Source of the DNA: Rhynchobatus australiae
Taxonomy: Eukaryota
DNA length: 64,000 bases
Assembly (NCBI GenBank): GCA_034780895.1
Contig: JAUZTB010000107.1
Coordinates: forward strand, 33,762,722-33,826,721
Direction: 5' to 3'
Below, piece by piece: positions 1-11,275 of the stretch (position 1 is the stretch's first letter; the number at the start of each line of letters is the position of its first letter). A model generated the notes under the pieces. The model had not been told where the DNA came from. It saw only the letters and a program-made list of their open reading frames with translations, and did no database searches. The translations under genes and the position numbers were made by a program.

Positions 1-5
1 AAACT

Positions 6-49
6 GGGAGGGGAAGAGTGGGAAAGGCAGGGGGGTAAAGGGGAAGGGG
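6..49 (+). other. Potential G-quadruplex-forming tract
   Basis: Six G-runs of 3 or more separated by loops of 7 nt or less (GGGaGGGGaagagtGGGaaaggcaGGGGGGtaaaGGGGaaGGGG). Confidence 0.5.
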
Positions 50-589
50 ATCTAATTTTCATCCACCACCTGAATTTCAATGGGACAAAATCAGAGTGGT
101 AATCCACTATAAAAGATTGCACCCAATAGTTCAGGAGAATATTTACCCCATTCTTTTAATTTTTGCCTGGTGAACATTTCCAGAAGGATTTTTCTGCTAT
201 GAACTGAATGATTCAAAATATTCTTCAGAAGATCCATAATCGTGAAATGTTAAATAATAAGGAAAACTACATAAAGTTTAACTATCAGCCTCATGTGTAC
301 TATACAGCTCAAGCAGACTGAAATGATGCCATAAAGTATGACAGTGAAATTAAAATGATTAATTAAAAAATTACAACAGAAATATTTGGAAGTTTGAAAC
401 ACACTTCAAAGTCCAGCATTTTATTTTATTATCAAAATGTAATTGTTTCTTGCATATTTTTCTGTCAACTTGCTCTTTTTCTATTTCCTTTCCCTTTCAG
501 GGAAGCATTAACCTTTATTAAAGTAGAATACTGAGGTGCCAAGAGCCTCCTTATACTTCACAAAGTGGCCATTCTTCAAGGATTAGTAG

Positions 590-682
590 TCAGAGTCATA
601 CAGCAGAGAAACAGGCCCTTCAGCTCAACTGGTCCATGCCGACCAAAATGTTCCATCCAAGCTAGCCCCATTTGCCAGTGTT
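590..682 (-). mobile_element. CR1/HER1-type LINE 3' tail fragment
   Basis: agagtcatacagcagagaaacaggcccttcagctcaac is the reverse complement of the elasmobranch CR1 3' end. Related tails occur at 7700, 22030, 48720 and 61185. Confidence 0.7.
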
Positions 683-779
683 TGCTGTTATTTAAAAAGT
701 ACAGACTTTTAAATCAGATGAACATCTCAAGCTGAGTTATACAGTACATCCATTGTAACCAAGGGAAGGAGTTCTTGTA

Positions 780-940
780 CTTTTACAGCCCGATCCACTG
801 AGGCCAATTGGTACATCTCAACTGTCACCTTAGCTTAGATCAGTAAACTCAGCACAACTTGAAATCAAGGCTTAGCAGGAACAATGTGGTTCAATGATAC
901 AACTGGCAATGTATTTACCAATTAAGCTAAAGGGAGCTAT
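780..940 (-). mobile_element. Old SINE-like interspersed repeat (family unassigned)
   Basis: Reverse complement contains tgtgctgag..tgatctaagc...caattggcctcagtg, similar to the plus-strand copy at 43715-44030. Confidence 0.4.
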
Positions 941-1255
941 TAGAAATCCTTGATAAAGCCTAATTCAATGTAATTTTCCATTGGTCACTGCTGACAAGCA
1001 CAGTGGAAAGTCTCAATTATTTAATCTTTCTTTACAAACTGATAAGAAAGATTTTAACAGATTAAATGCATGAATAGACCTTTTAAATGTCCTTAAACAA
1101 TGTTTAATGTAAATAACAAGTTCTTAGTAATCCAAAATTCACATTATTGATGCCAAAAACTGGATACTAAGCCAAGTTTAATATAGGTGTATTTTAGCAC
1201 TCGCTGGCTTTTAGGTATTTAGTAATAGACAATGGTTACGGCAGAATTTGTATTT

Positions 1256-1652
1256 CAGAATCAGGTTTATCATTATCACTGACAAACATCGTGAAATTTG
1301 TTGTTTTGTGGCAGCAGTACAGTGCAAGACATAAAAATTACTATAAGTTACCAAAAAATAAACAAAATAGTACTAAAAAGGAATAATGAGCTAGTGTTCA
1401 TGGACTGTTCAGAAATCTGATGGCGGAGGGGAAACAACTGTTCCTGAAACATTGAGTGTGGGTCTTCAGGCTCCTGTAATAATGAGAAGAGAGCATGTCC
1501 CGGATGGTGAGGATCCTTAATGATGGATGCCGCCTTCTTGAGGCACTGCCAGTTGAAGATGTCCTCGATGGTGGGGAGGGTTGTGCCGGTGATGGAGCTA
1601 GCTGACTCTACAACCCTCTGCAGCCTCTTTTGATCCTGCACATTGGAGCCTC
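1256..1652 (-). mobile_element. Rex1/Babar-type LINE 3' fragment (RT C-terminal region and tail)
   Basis: ORF 1348..1641 encodes QKRLQRVVESASSITGTTLPTIEDIF..CLKKAASIIKDPHHPGHALFSLL, typical of this clade. Its sequence overlaps the 3' part of the copy at 48410-49225. Confidence 0.85.
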
Positions 1653-1878
1653 TAAAATGTATTTTAAAATGTCTGCAACCTTATTAAGAAAATGGAAGTA
1701 AAACTAAAAAGAGCTATTCTTGTACGCTATTCTGTCAACTTTATAAATAATTATACAAACAAAGCATCTGTATTTCTCTAGTGAGGCAGAAAGATATTAT
1801 TTTACTAAATCAAATCTGAAAGCATAATTCAAAATGGCAACAGTATGGTGGTCCACGGTGTTGAAGCACTACTTAGCA

Positions 1879-1892
1879 GCGCCACCAACTGG
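1879..1892 (-). promoter_or_regulatory. Candidate CTCF-binding motif
   Basis: Minus strand CCAGTTGGTGGCGC matches 13 of 14 positions of the CCASYAGRKGGCRS core, with the CpG retained. Motif match only. Confidence 0.35.
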
Positions 1893-2989
1893 ATTCTGTT
1901 TTTGACCTCAATTACCTGTGTGAACTATACCAAACTGAGCTCGGTTGGTCCATGACAGGGACAGGGATAAGGCTGCACTTACAATCAACTAATACTTAGT
2001 TCACAAACTAGACATTGGATACCCTGTAAGATCTGTGAATGAAGTTGGCATGTGGCTTGAAGTTCAGCAAATGAAGAGCAAAGTAGCCTAACAATGATTT
2101 TTATGTGTGGAGGGAAATTTTGGATTCACAACCTGCATTTTTTCAGATCCGACATATATGCTCACATTTGTGGCACTGGCTGCCTGCTGGTGATGGCACT
2201 TGTAAGTGTGCAGCAAATACCTTCCAAAAAGGTATGCAGAAAAGGCAGATCAAGCCACCTGTATGCTCCACAAGTTCAGCAGATGAACTTGCTTGCAAAA
2301 TGGAACAGAACCCACCAATACATTTTTAGGCTGCTACAATATCCAGAGGCTCTTCTCAACGTTGCTGTTTAATTAGGCAAGTAAGAAGATTAACCTTCCA
2401 GCCAAACATCATTTATTAATGGCAAACAACATTAACCTAGCAGCAGTGCCTGAAACAACAATGTATCAAAAGTCATACCAAATGCCTCTTAAAGATATAT
2501 ACATACTCAATATATATTACTCTGCTTTCCCCAAAAAAGTAATAAACCTGCATCGAGCTACCTACGTATATTATTTTCTCAAATAACTATTTGCATACAA
2601 TACAAAATTATATAAAAATAATTTACAAAACACTTANNNNNNNNAATAAAAAAAATCAAGTTTAACATAAATCTAAGTAACAACATACTTAACAATTCAA
2701 CAGTATGTGTCCTTGATACTAATTAACCTAATGAATGACCTGACCTCCAAGAGCTTCACGTATGACAAATATAAGATCTCGCACTAAAAAATTACTTTAA
2801 CTATACACAACAATGAATATAATCTTCACACGCATTTCTCATCATCAGATGTATCACCCAAAACTTGACATGGACAATACCTCATTAACTACGACAGAAA
2901 TTATTATACATTGTTTCCAATGTATTTCCAAGTAACACAAGCTTAATAATTTACAAATTTAATTTCCTTTAATACTTCCCAGCTTCTTA

Positions 2990-3900
2990 CCTTCATGCAC
3001 ACCATTTCACAATACACCTCTCATTTGACTCATCATGGGCACTTGACCTTTCTCTCAGCTGACCATTTCAAATCAGAAAGTCATCACCTCTGACTCTCTT
3101 CTCTGGTCGTCTTCCAGTGAACACAATTCAAACAGCAAGGTTCTCAGCCTCTCTTGCTGCACATTGGCTACAGATTACTGAACCAACATCAGCTTATCAA
3201 GTCAAATCAGTCTACCATCTTTACAGCAGTTGCCTTCTTGAGGAAGCTTCACATCTATGCAATGTACCCTATCTGGTGGCAATTAAAATATCATGGCATA
3301 TTAAATGGATATTCCAATACTGGGTTGCTTCCAGAACAGCTACAGCATAATACCTTGTCTTCACCACCTAAGTTATTCACATTCTTGCAACCTTTGGCAC
3401 TCACATGATGACCTTTGAAATTATTATCTTTAACCTGATGATTTGTTGATCCATGGTTTCTTCTGGTTCCTGGCACCATATACTGAATGTGCAACCTGCA
3501 AAAATCTCTGAAGGAGCTATGTTAAGATGTCTTGCCAAAATTCTTACATCTTCTTGGGAAATCTTTTCCATGGTTCATGGCACTAATAAACTTAGTAGTG
3601 TTTTTAGCTGTCCACTAGTAATAGCCTCAGTAGTATTACCTCTGTCTTTTCATGTTCAGCTCCTCTTCCAGGACCTTGACAATAGCCCAGGAACATCTAT
3701 ACATCCGCTCCTTTTGAAAGTGAATGGCTATAACCTCTGATACTTCACCAGCTCACCCTCATATAACACCTTGCCAACTCCTTGGCAGCAATACCTAAAT
3801 GTTGCCTATGAGCATCCATAGGTCCTGTTCTGTATTGCCGCTTAATAAAGCACATAAACAGGAAGGGACTCCTAACCAAACAGACTTTTATCAACAGCGA
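2990..3900 (-). mobile_element. Heavily decayed zinc-knuckle ORF1/Gag-like relic (Tx1/L1-type)
   Basis: Minus strand 3249-3290 reads YFNCHQIGYIA*M*. Four single-base changes restore CFNCHQIGHIAQMC (CX2CX4HX4C). Further Cys-rich sequence lies just upstream. Many stops. Confidence 0.45.
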
Positions 3901-5394
3901 ACAACACTCACTAACATCAGTGGCTGCTACAGGTCATCGTGATTCACACAGTTCTTATGTACTCTATATACTACAGCGGCCAGTTGCTACTGTTGTACAG
4001 GTGCTTCTTTTCAAAGTTGTTACAGTATGCAGACTGGGGTATGGCATGTGCTGACTCTATCCTGATTTCAAGCTGGCTGCACAACCTAGTTGCTCCTACT
4101 CATGGGTACAATTGTAGACTCTCCCTGCATAACACAGTAACTATGGGAATGAGCAGACCCAAGACATGATGCTAGAAGACAAAGAGGTGGGGAAGACTCT
4201 CAACAGAAGACCATATCCACCAATGTTCAGGGAGAAATTCTATTTGAATTTTGGAATAGTTATACAGTATGAGATGTCAGTAAAAACCTCCTCACAGAAA
4301 TTCACTACTAATTGCAGCCACAAAGCACCTTACTTTTAGGTGGTGCAGTCAGGTTTTATGTTTTGCATTAGGTGGTCCTCACCTCTAAAAGTTTTGAGCA
4401 TGTTACTGAAACATGCAGCCACTCAACAGTGTGGGTAGCAATGGCTGCACATGGTTAATCATATTAATTAGAAGGCAACATGAAATATGCACTGCCTACA
4501 TCAGATCCAACAGATGCTAGGTAATCCTGCATTGTGATTCCTTGGTCCATTTATTAAATTTAGCTCCTGTGGTATTTGATATAAAAACTGCTCAAAAAAC
4601 TTGTGATGAGTTTGTCCTTAGTACTTTATGCAATAATTTGCTTTGTGGGTCTACAATTCTACCACCAGAGTAAAGGAAACAGAGTAGAATTGTGAAAGCA
4701 GAGAGCTGGCTGATGAACATGGGTGTCCTAAATCAGAACAAAGTGAGCACCAATATAAATACACTTTTGGCAATGATACCTGAGCACAGCAGTAACAATG
4801 GCAGTTTCTCTCATATTGATTGGTACTTCTGGGACCACAAATAATGTGGATTAATAGTAGGAATAAAGTTGTATCATGTTACATTGGTCATTTCTTGTAT
4901 AGCTTCTGTTCAATGCAAAATCCTTATTTTTTTTTATTATTAAGGACTGGATTGTGAAGACTAATCATACCCGTTTTATCAAGAAAGAAATCAAAATATA
5001 TCCTACCACTAAATTTCCATTTTTATTAAGTGTGACATATCTGGAAACACACTGAATTTTCCCCACAGTCCTCAGTGATTTATTAAAGTTACCAGGTGAC
5101 ACTGGGGACCTCATGGTGAATTTCAGGTCACCGTGGGTGGAAAGTGATCCTCCTCCCTGGGATTTTGCACTTTAAACACACAGATGCCATCTACCCACCA
5201 GTCAATTAAGCAAGTTGCATCAGCAGAAGCTACTGAAGAAAGTTAATTTTACTTTCTGGCAGGAGGACAGTACTTGAATGAAGTAAAGGTGTTGTGCAGA
5301 TTCCACACTGAGTAGAAGCAGGTCTACAGCAAATAAACTCTCAACACCACAAGTCTGCAGTAGCCCGAAGCCCCAGATTAGTAACTCATTTCAC

Positions 5395-6260
5395 AAGAAC
5401 CAAGAAAATAAGAGGAGTACGCCACTCGCCCCTCAAGCCTGACCTGCCATTCAATATGATCGGAGCTGATGTCTTCTGGCTTCAACTCCTCTTTTGTGCC
5501 AGTTCTCCATATCCATTAACCTTTCAAATATTTATCTACCTTAAATATATCTGATGATCTGGTCTCCACCACCATTTGGGCAGAGACTTTCAGAGATTCA
5601 CTACCCTCTGAGAACAGAAATTTCTACACACCTCAGTTTGAAATGATCGGCCCCTTATTTTGTCTGTTGTAGATCTTTGAAGGACCTGTTCACTGAATTC
5701 CATTCCTCTGCTTTTTTGCTATTTTCTTCAAATATTTTGCCCCTTCAAATGTTTACCAATTCCTATTAAATATTTCTTATTCAATCTGATTTCAGGCTGT
5801 GTGATTTAGTTCATTATAGGCTGGATCATGCTAATTTTGCCAGTAGTTTGATTCAAAACCTTTGATATTCATCCTTTGAAAATTGATTGCCTTATTTTGT
5901 AGCCATGTCCCCTTGTTCGTGCCTCTCCTATTAGTGAAAACATCTCAATATCTACCCTTTTAAACTTCTTTAGCATCTTATCTATTTGAATGCTACTGTA
6001 TCCATTTTTAAATAAGGGGACAAAAACTCTGTGCAGTATTCCAGGTGTGATCACACCAACACTCTGCACAATGGTAATAAAATCTCCCTATTTCTAACCC
6101 CTTTGCAATAAAGACCAACGTGTCATTTGCCTTCTTAACCATGGATCTGCCTGTTAACTTTTTGTGATTCATGCACTGGAATACCCTAGATCCTTCTGAA
6201 TTTAACTCATTTACAGTCCCTCTTCTTTTTTGATAATAATTCACCTTTTGATTCCTCTAT
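5395..6260 (-). mobile_element. CR1/HER1-type LINE, 5'-truncated and decayed
   Basis: Peptides VKKANDTLVFIAKGLE and KMLKKFKRVDIEMFSLIGEARTRGHGYKIR (CR1 ORF2 C-terminus), plus a reversed 3' tail near 5395-5470. Confidence 0.85.
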
Positions 6261-7377
6261 NNNNNNNNNNTTGATTCTATTTGATTTCATATGAAAATTC
6301 CACAAATTTTTTTTAAAAGACAGCAACAATGTATTATTTTCAGAAAACTCCAAGATATTTGGCATAAATAACAATTCAGCCTAGTGTTGGATTAAATATA
6401 AATATAAAATAAGATTGTGACATTGCAGGCACAACCAACAGCCTCTGCAAATGAAATCCTTGGCATAGCTTCATTTGATCTTTCCGTAAACGTCACTTTC
6501 TGACACTAGTGCTAGCAAACTCTTGGAAATTGTTTCTCTAGAGCAAAAAGTGATGAAAATTTACCATGCCATTCTTTCAAAGAGGGAAATTTAATAGAAC
6601 ACTTACATACTTGAATTATAAACGACAACAAAATAATGTATTGAACAACGACCAAAGATAGCATCAGTAGTCCATTCCTTATCATTGGTATCCATAGCAA
6701 TTGGAACAATCATCTAACATCATCAGAAACTTTAGCTTTGCAATGGCTTTTAATTAGATGTGTTAAATATTTTGGGAGTTTAATTCAGGTTGGCAATTGA
6801 GCAGTACTCATTTCATTAGGTATTCTGGGAATACTGAAAAATTAATTGATGCAAGAAAATTAATAAAACATTTATGCTTGTTTGTACCAGATTTTGTTAT
6901 AAATCAAAGAACTATACATTCTGAGTACATGTATGTGAATGGATTAAATTAATGGCCCAGAAATTGCATTTGATAATAAGATGAAAGCTTGAAGAAAACT
7001 ACACACATAGATCACAAATTCTTCTTTTCCAATGTTAATTTTATACTGAAATGAACAATTAGGGATTTCTGCCAAATGTGCAGCCAATCAGATTGNNNNN
7101 NNNNNNNNNNNNNNNNNNNNNNNNNNNNNNNNNNNNNNNNNNNNNNNNNNNNNNNNNNNNNNNNNNNNNNNNNNNNNNNNNNNNNNNNNNNNNNNACTGG
7201 TCACTACTATTTATGTGCAAATTGTACAGTAATTTTGGACAAAGGGTACATGTATGTTCAAGTCAGAACATATAGAAGTTTCTGTCCAAGTTGGTCTGCC
7301 CTGCAATTAACCTCAAATGCCTGCCTCACCATGGATATGGTGACAGCTATGAACAGAACACAATACAAATACTTGCA

Positions 7378-7502
7378 GCAAAAAACAAACTGCTGGAGGA
7401 ACTCAGCGAGTCAGGCAGCATCTGTGGAGGGAAATGGACAGTCGATGTTTTGGGTTGAGACCCTTTATCTGATTCCAGCATCTGCAGTCTTTTGGTTTCT
7501 CT
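7378..7502 (-). mobile_element. Short Penelope terminal-repeat derivative with decayed hammerhead motif
   Basis: ctgctggaggaactcagc..gcagcatctgtgg core is shared with 37903, 40390 and 49718. The minus strand reads CAGATAA-AGGGTCTCAACCC-AAAA-CATCGACTG. Confidence 0.7.
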
Positions 7503-7699
7503 GCAGACACTTACATATCAGAAACTCACCAGATTTATCAGAGTCTCCAGCAATGTATGTAAGTATTTGATTCACAGAGGGTGAGGTTGTCAACATATTA
7601 TTTTTTATAATTTCATATCCAGATGAAAGGTAAGAGGTAGCTTAGAACCGTTGCCCATCTGGAATGTCCTTGTCCTCTGCTATGTTATTCTCTACCAGT

Positions 7700-7912
7700 C
7701 AGGCAGAAACAGGCTATTCAGCCCAACAAGTTCATGCCTGTGTCTATGCTCTGTTCAAGCCTCCTCCTTTCCTCAGCTAAACCTATCATTGTAACGCTCC
7801 CTTGTATGCTTGTTCAGTGACAACGTGAAAGAGAGTTCAACACCCTCACAATCCAGTTGGGTGAAGATGTTCCATCTCAATTCCCTAGTGACCATCTGAT
7901 GGGTGTCATGTG
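7700..7912 (-). mobile_element. CR1-type LINE 3' fragment running into a gap
   Basis: gaaacaggctattcagcccaacaagttcatgcc tail. Minus-strand ELRWNIFTQ resembles the CR1 C-terminal motif. Confidence 0.55.
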
Positions 7913-9369
7913 NNNNNNNNNNNNNNNNNNNNNNNNNNNNNNNNNNNNNNNNNNNNNNNNNNNNNNNNNNNNNNNNNNNNNNNNNNNNNNNNNNNNNNNN
8001 NNNNNNNNNNNNNNNNNNNNNNNNNNNNNNNNNNNNNNNNNNNNNNNNNNNNNNNNNNNNNNNNNNNNNNNNNNNNNNNNNNNNNNNNNNNNNNNNNNNN
8101 NNNNNNNNNNNNNNNNNNNNNNNNNNNNNNNNNNNNNATAGAAATAGAGCACATGTCCATCTTCCATTACTGCACATCAGTAGCACATTACTGCTAATAC
8201 TATTTTATTGACACCTTTTTTCCAATAAACTTCTTAAAGTAGGAAAATTCTACAAATTATCGGGGATTTTATTTTGTTTTCAAAGGAGTCAAAGTCAGCT
8301 ATAGCCACACACAATCATATTTACCTTTATGAAAATAATAGCTTATGTTATTTGCATGTATTCATCCAGACATTATGAGAATAAGGATTTAATTATCTTA
8401 CATTTTTGTCACATTTAGAAGAGTACAGATTCCATGCAAGTGTATTGTTACAGCTAATCATTGTGACATTTTTCTTTGTAAGGATCTGCTGCATTTGTTC
8501 ACTCAATGCTCAAAATACAATTTATTCAAAATTTACAAATTTGACAGTTGACTGGTATGTGGTCAACAATGATTGCAGTTCCAGAATTCAATACAGCGAA
8601 ATTTGATACAGCAAAGCAAACATGGATATTTTAGTTGGGTGTAACTTGCATTTTTTTTCTTTCAGAGTATGGATTTAAAATAAACATCTGTTCACCATAG
8701 CCACAATAGGGCGCATTCATTTTAGATCCAAATTTAAATTAACAAGTTTTGGAAACAATCTTTTACAGTTTGGAAAATGTAGGCTGACCTTTCCAAGGTT
8801 TCCAAAACTCTTTCATTCCAGCTAAATTGAGGTTGATTAAGTTACCATTCTAAAGAAGGCAAAATTTCCTGACTGTAAGAATCTTTCATTTGGCAGTAGC
8901 AGCAGAAATTCCACAATGAAACAGTGCACAATGTCCAGGCCCCCGGCTGACAGAGTAACAGGCTATTCCTTACGCTATGGATTCTACTTCATCATTGCTG
9001 GGATCTTGGTTTTATTTGCGTGATGATTTGTGTTTATAGCACAAATAAGTATTTACCTCTTCTCATGAAACTATTTTAATATGTAATAGGCAGAATAATC
9101 ACAACATTCGCTGCTGTTGCCCTGTTTATAAGATTTCTGCATCTTTAATGCCAAAAAACTGGATGCATTTACCCCTCTACAGCTGAACACAAAACTAACC
9201 CCTTGGAAGTTTACTTTTAAGAATGAGTTTATTTAAAGCCTCATCATCTTTCCCATAAATGTCTCAAACATTTTGCATCCAGTTAGTTGCTTTGTGGTGT
9301 CAATGAACCTAAAATTCCACTAACAGGAAAAGCTTCGTGACCAGTTCACCTGATGTTATTTTAGAGAGG

Positions 9370-9600
9370 AAAGTAACCAGCAGTAAGAAAATTCATGCTC
9401 TTATTTGAATGGTGCAACGGAATCTTCAACATCCATTTGAACCACCAGAATTTTGATTGAAAATCTTATTTGAAGAATTAAAACCAAGAACACATCCAAT
9501 ATTGCTCTAGGCTGTCAGCCTTGATGTGCTCAAGTCTCAAGAATCATGTACAAACTCAGAATGTTTTAATCTGGAGCACAATAATAGTACCAACAAAGCC
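9370..9600 (-). mobile_element. Deu-domain SINE (SacSINE1/AmnSINE1-like), old copy
   Basis: Reverse complement tcaaatggatgttgaagattcc..ccattcaaataagagca resembles the Deu core (tcaggtggacgtaaaagatccc..ttcgaagaagagca) and the copy at 17440-17545. Confidence 0.45.
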
Positions 9601-10928
9601 TGGCATGCATGTTACTGTTCATAACAGTGATTTAGATTGTTTAGAAACTTCATTCCATACTAGTGGCTAAATGATTTTAAAGAAATATAGTGACGAGTTT
9701 CAGCTGCACTGTTGCTGTGGCAGTATGCCCTTGTGACCAGTCTGTGCTAGAGGCAGCCAAATAAATATTAGGGCCCAATGCCGTTAGGTTAATTACCACA
9801 TAAAATCAGCAAGATTTCAAAGATGAAACTTGCTACTCGGTCTAAGGGGAAACATGCAAGTCCAAATGAAGACCGTCTTCATTACCACTGCTACTGATAG
9901 GCTAGTATCCAAATTGCAATTACTCTTTATTAAATCATACATGGTGTTGTGAAAATCACACACAAACATCTGTACTGTACATACAGCTGTTTCATGCATA
10001 TCTACTTATTGAGTACATATGCCACTAGATAATTGTTAGTCAATAGATATCCAGTGGAGATCAAGATCCAACTTAAATAATAATAGAAGGGATATCACGA
10101 TGTGCCCCATCCTCCAATGGAAGGACCTGCTGCAGTGAGTAGGGGTGGAACCCTGGCAAGAACAAGTTCAGCCCCAATCAATTCACTCCTCGAATGCTGG
10201 ATTTTTGTCTCATGTTAAAGGCTGGAACAATGCTAAAAGATTAAAATGAAAATGTTTTAACCCAGTATTGATTTAATTTGGTGTCAGCTTCAGTTTTGAT
10301 AATTTTCTTCAGGTGGGTAAAGTAGAGTGCTGACACCAATCCTCCATCAAGTTATAATAGACTTTGTAACACTAGTGTCCCAAGGACAAAAGAATTAGTC
10401 TTGGTTGAAATACACCCAGTTGCCAACTATCCACATAGTACGCTAGTGCTACACCCCAAAGGAACCTGATTGCATTAGATTTGTAATACCTGAAGCTACA
10501 ATGGTGTGACAGGAAGCACAGAAAGCTGTTTCCACACCAAACTTAAAGGATGGAATTGAGATTTGCCTGTCACTCAAATGGATGAGGAAGTTGTGTCAAT
10601 TCTCACCCTGGCCACCAGACGGCATGTTTCATAGATCAAAACACGCAGGGATGCTGAGACCAGACACTGGCAATCAATGAGAAACACAGAAGGTGGTATG
10701 GGATAGTTTGTAATGCAAATAAATCATCATTCTGGCTGAAAATGACTATGGCAATGGCAACGAACTATTTTCCATAGAGTAGCTTATAGTGAACACATAT
10801 TCTTATATGTACCTTTAGCACCATGATTAGAAAAAGAGTAAACTACTCCTAGTCAGTTGACAATTGATTCTCATTACATGTTCATACTAAGGTGAAATAA
10901 GTGGTCTCTCATCGCTGCATTAAAAAAT

Positions 10929-10992
10929 AAATTTCTGTGCTTCATAAAAATTACAAGCAAACTTAAATTTCTATGCTTCATAAAATTACAAT
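10929..10992. repeat. Short tandem duplication (~35 bp unit)
   Basis: aaatttctgtgcttcataaaaattacaa is followed by aaatttctatgcttcataaaattacaa. Confidence 0.8.
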
Positions 10993-11188
10993 TCTTTCTC
11001 CCACAAGCAAGAGTAAACAAATAAAGGCTTGTTCTCCCAAGGTTGTACATGTACATCAGAGACTTGAGATTTGTCACACTGTTTCCCANNNNNNNNNNNN
11101 NNNNNNNNNNNNNNNNNNNNNNNNNNNNNNNNNNNNNNNNNNNNNNNNNNNNNNNNNNNNNNNNNNNNNNNNNNNNNNNNNNNNNNNN

Positions 11189-11275
11189 TTGTGGGCTGCC
11201 CCCAGAACACACTACGTAAAAGATGCATTTCACTGTGTGTTTCGATGTACATGTGACTAATAAAGATATCTTATT
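11189..11275 (+). mobile_element. Retroposon 3' tail next to a gap (probably Rex1/Babar-related)
   Basis: aaagatgcatttcactgtgtgtttcgatgtacatgtgactaataaagat tail, with retained CpGs suggesting a young copy. Confidence 0.5.
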
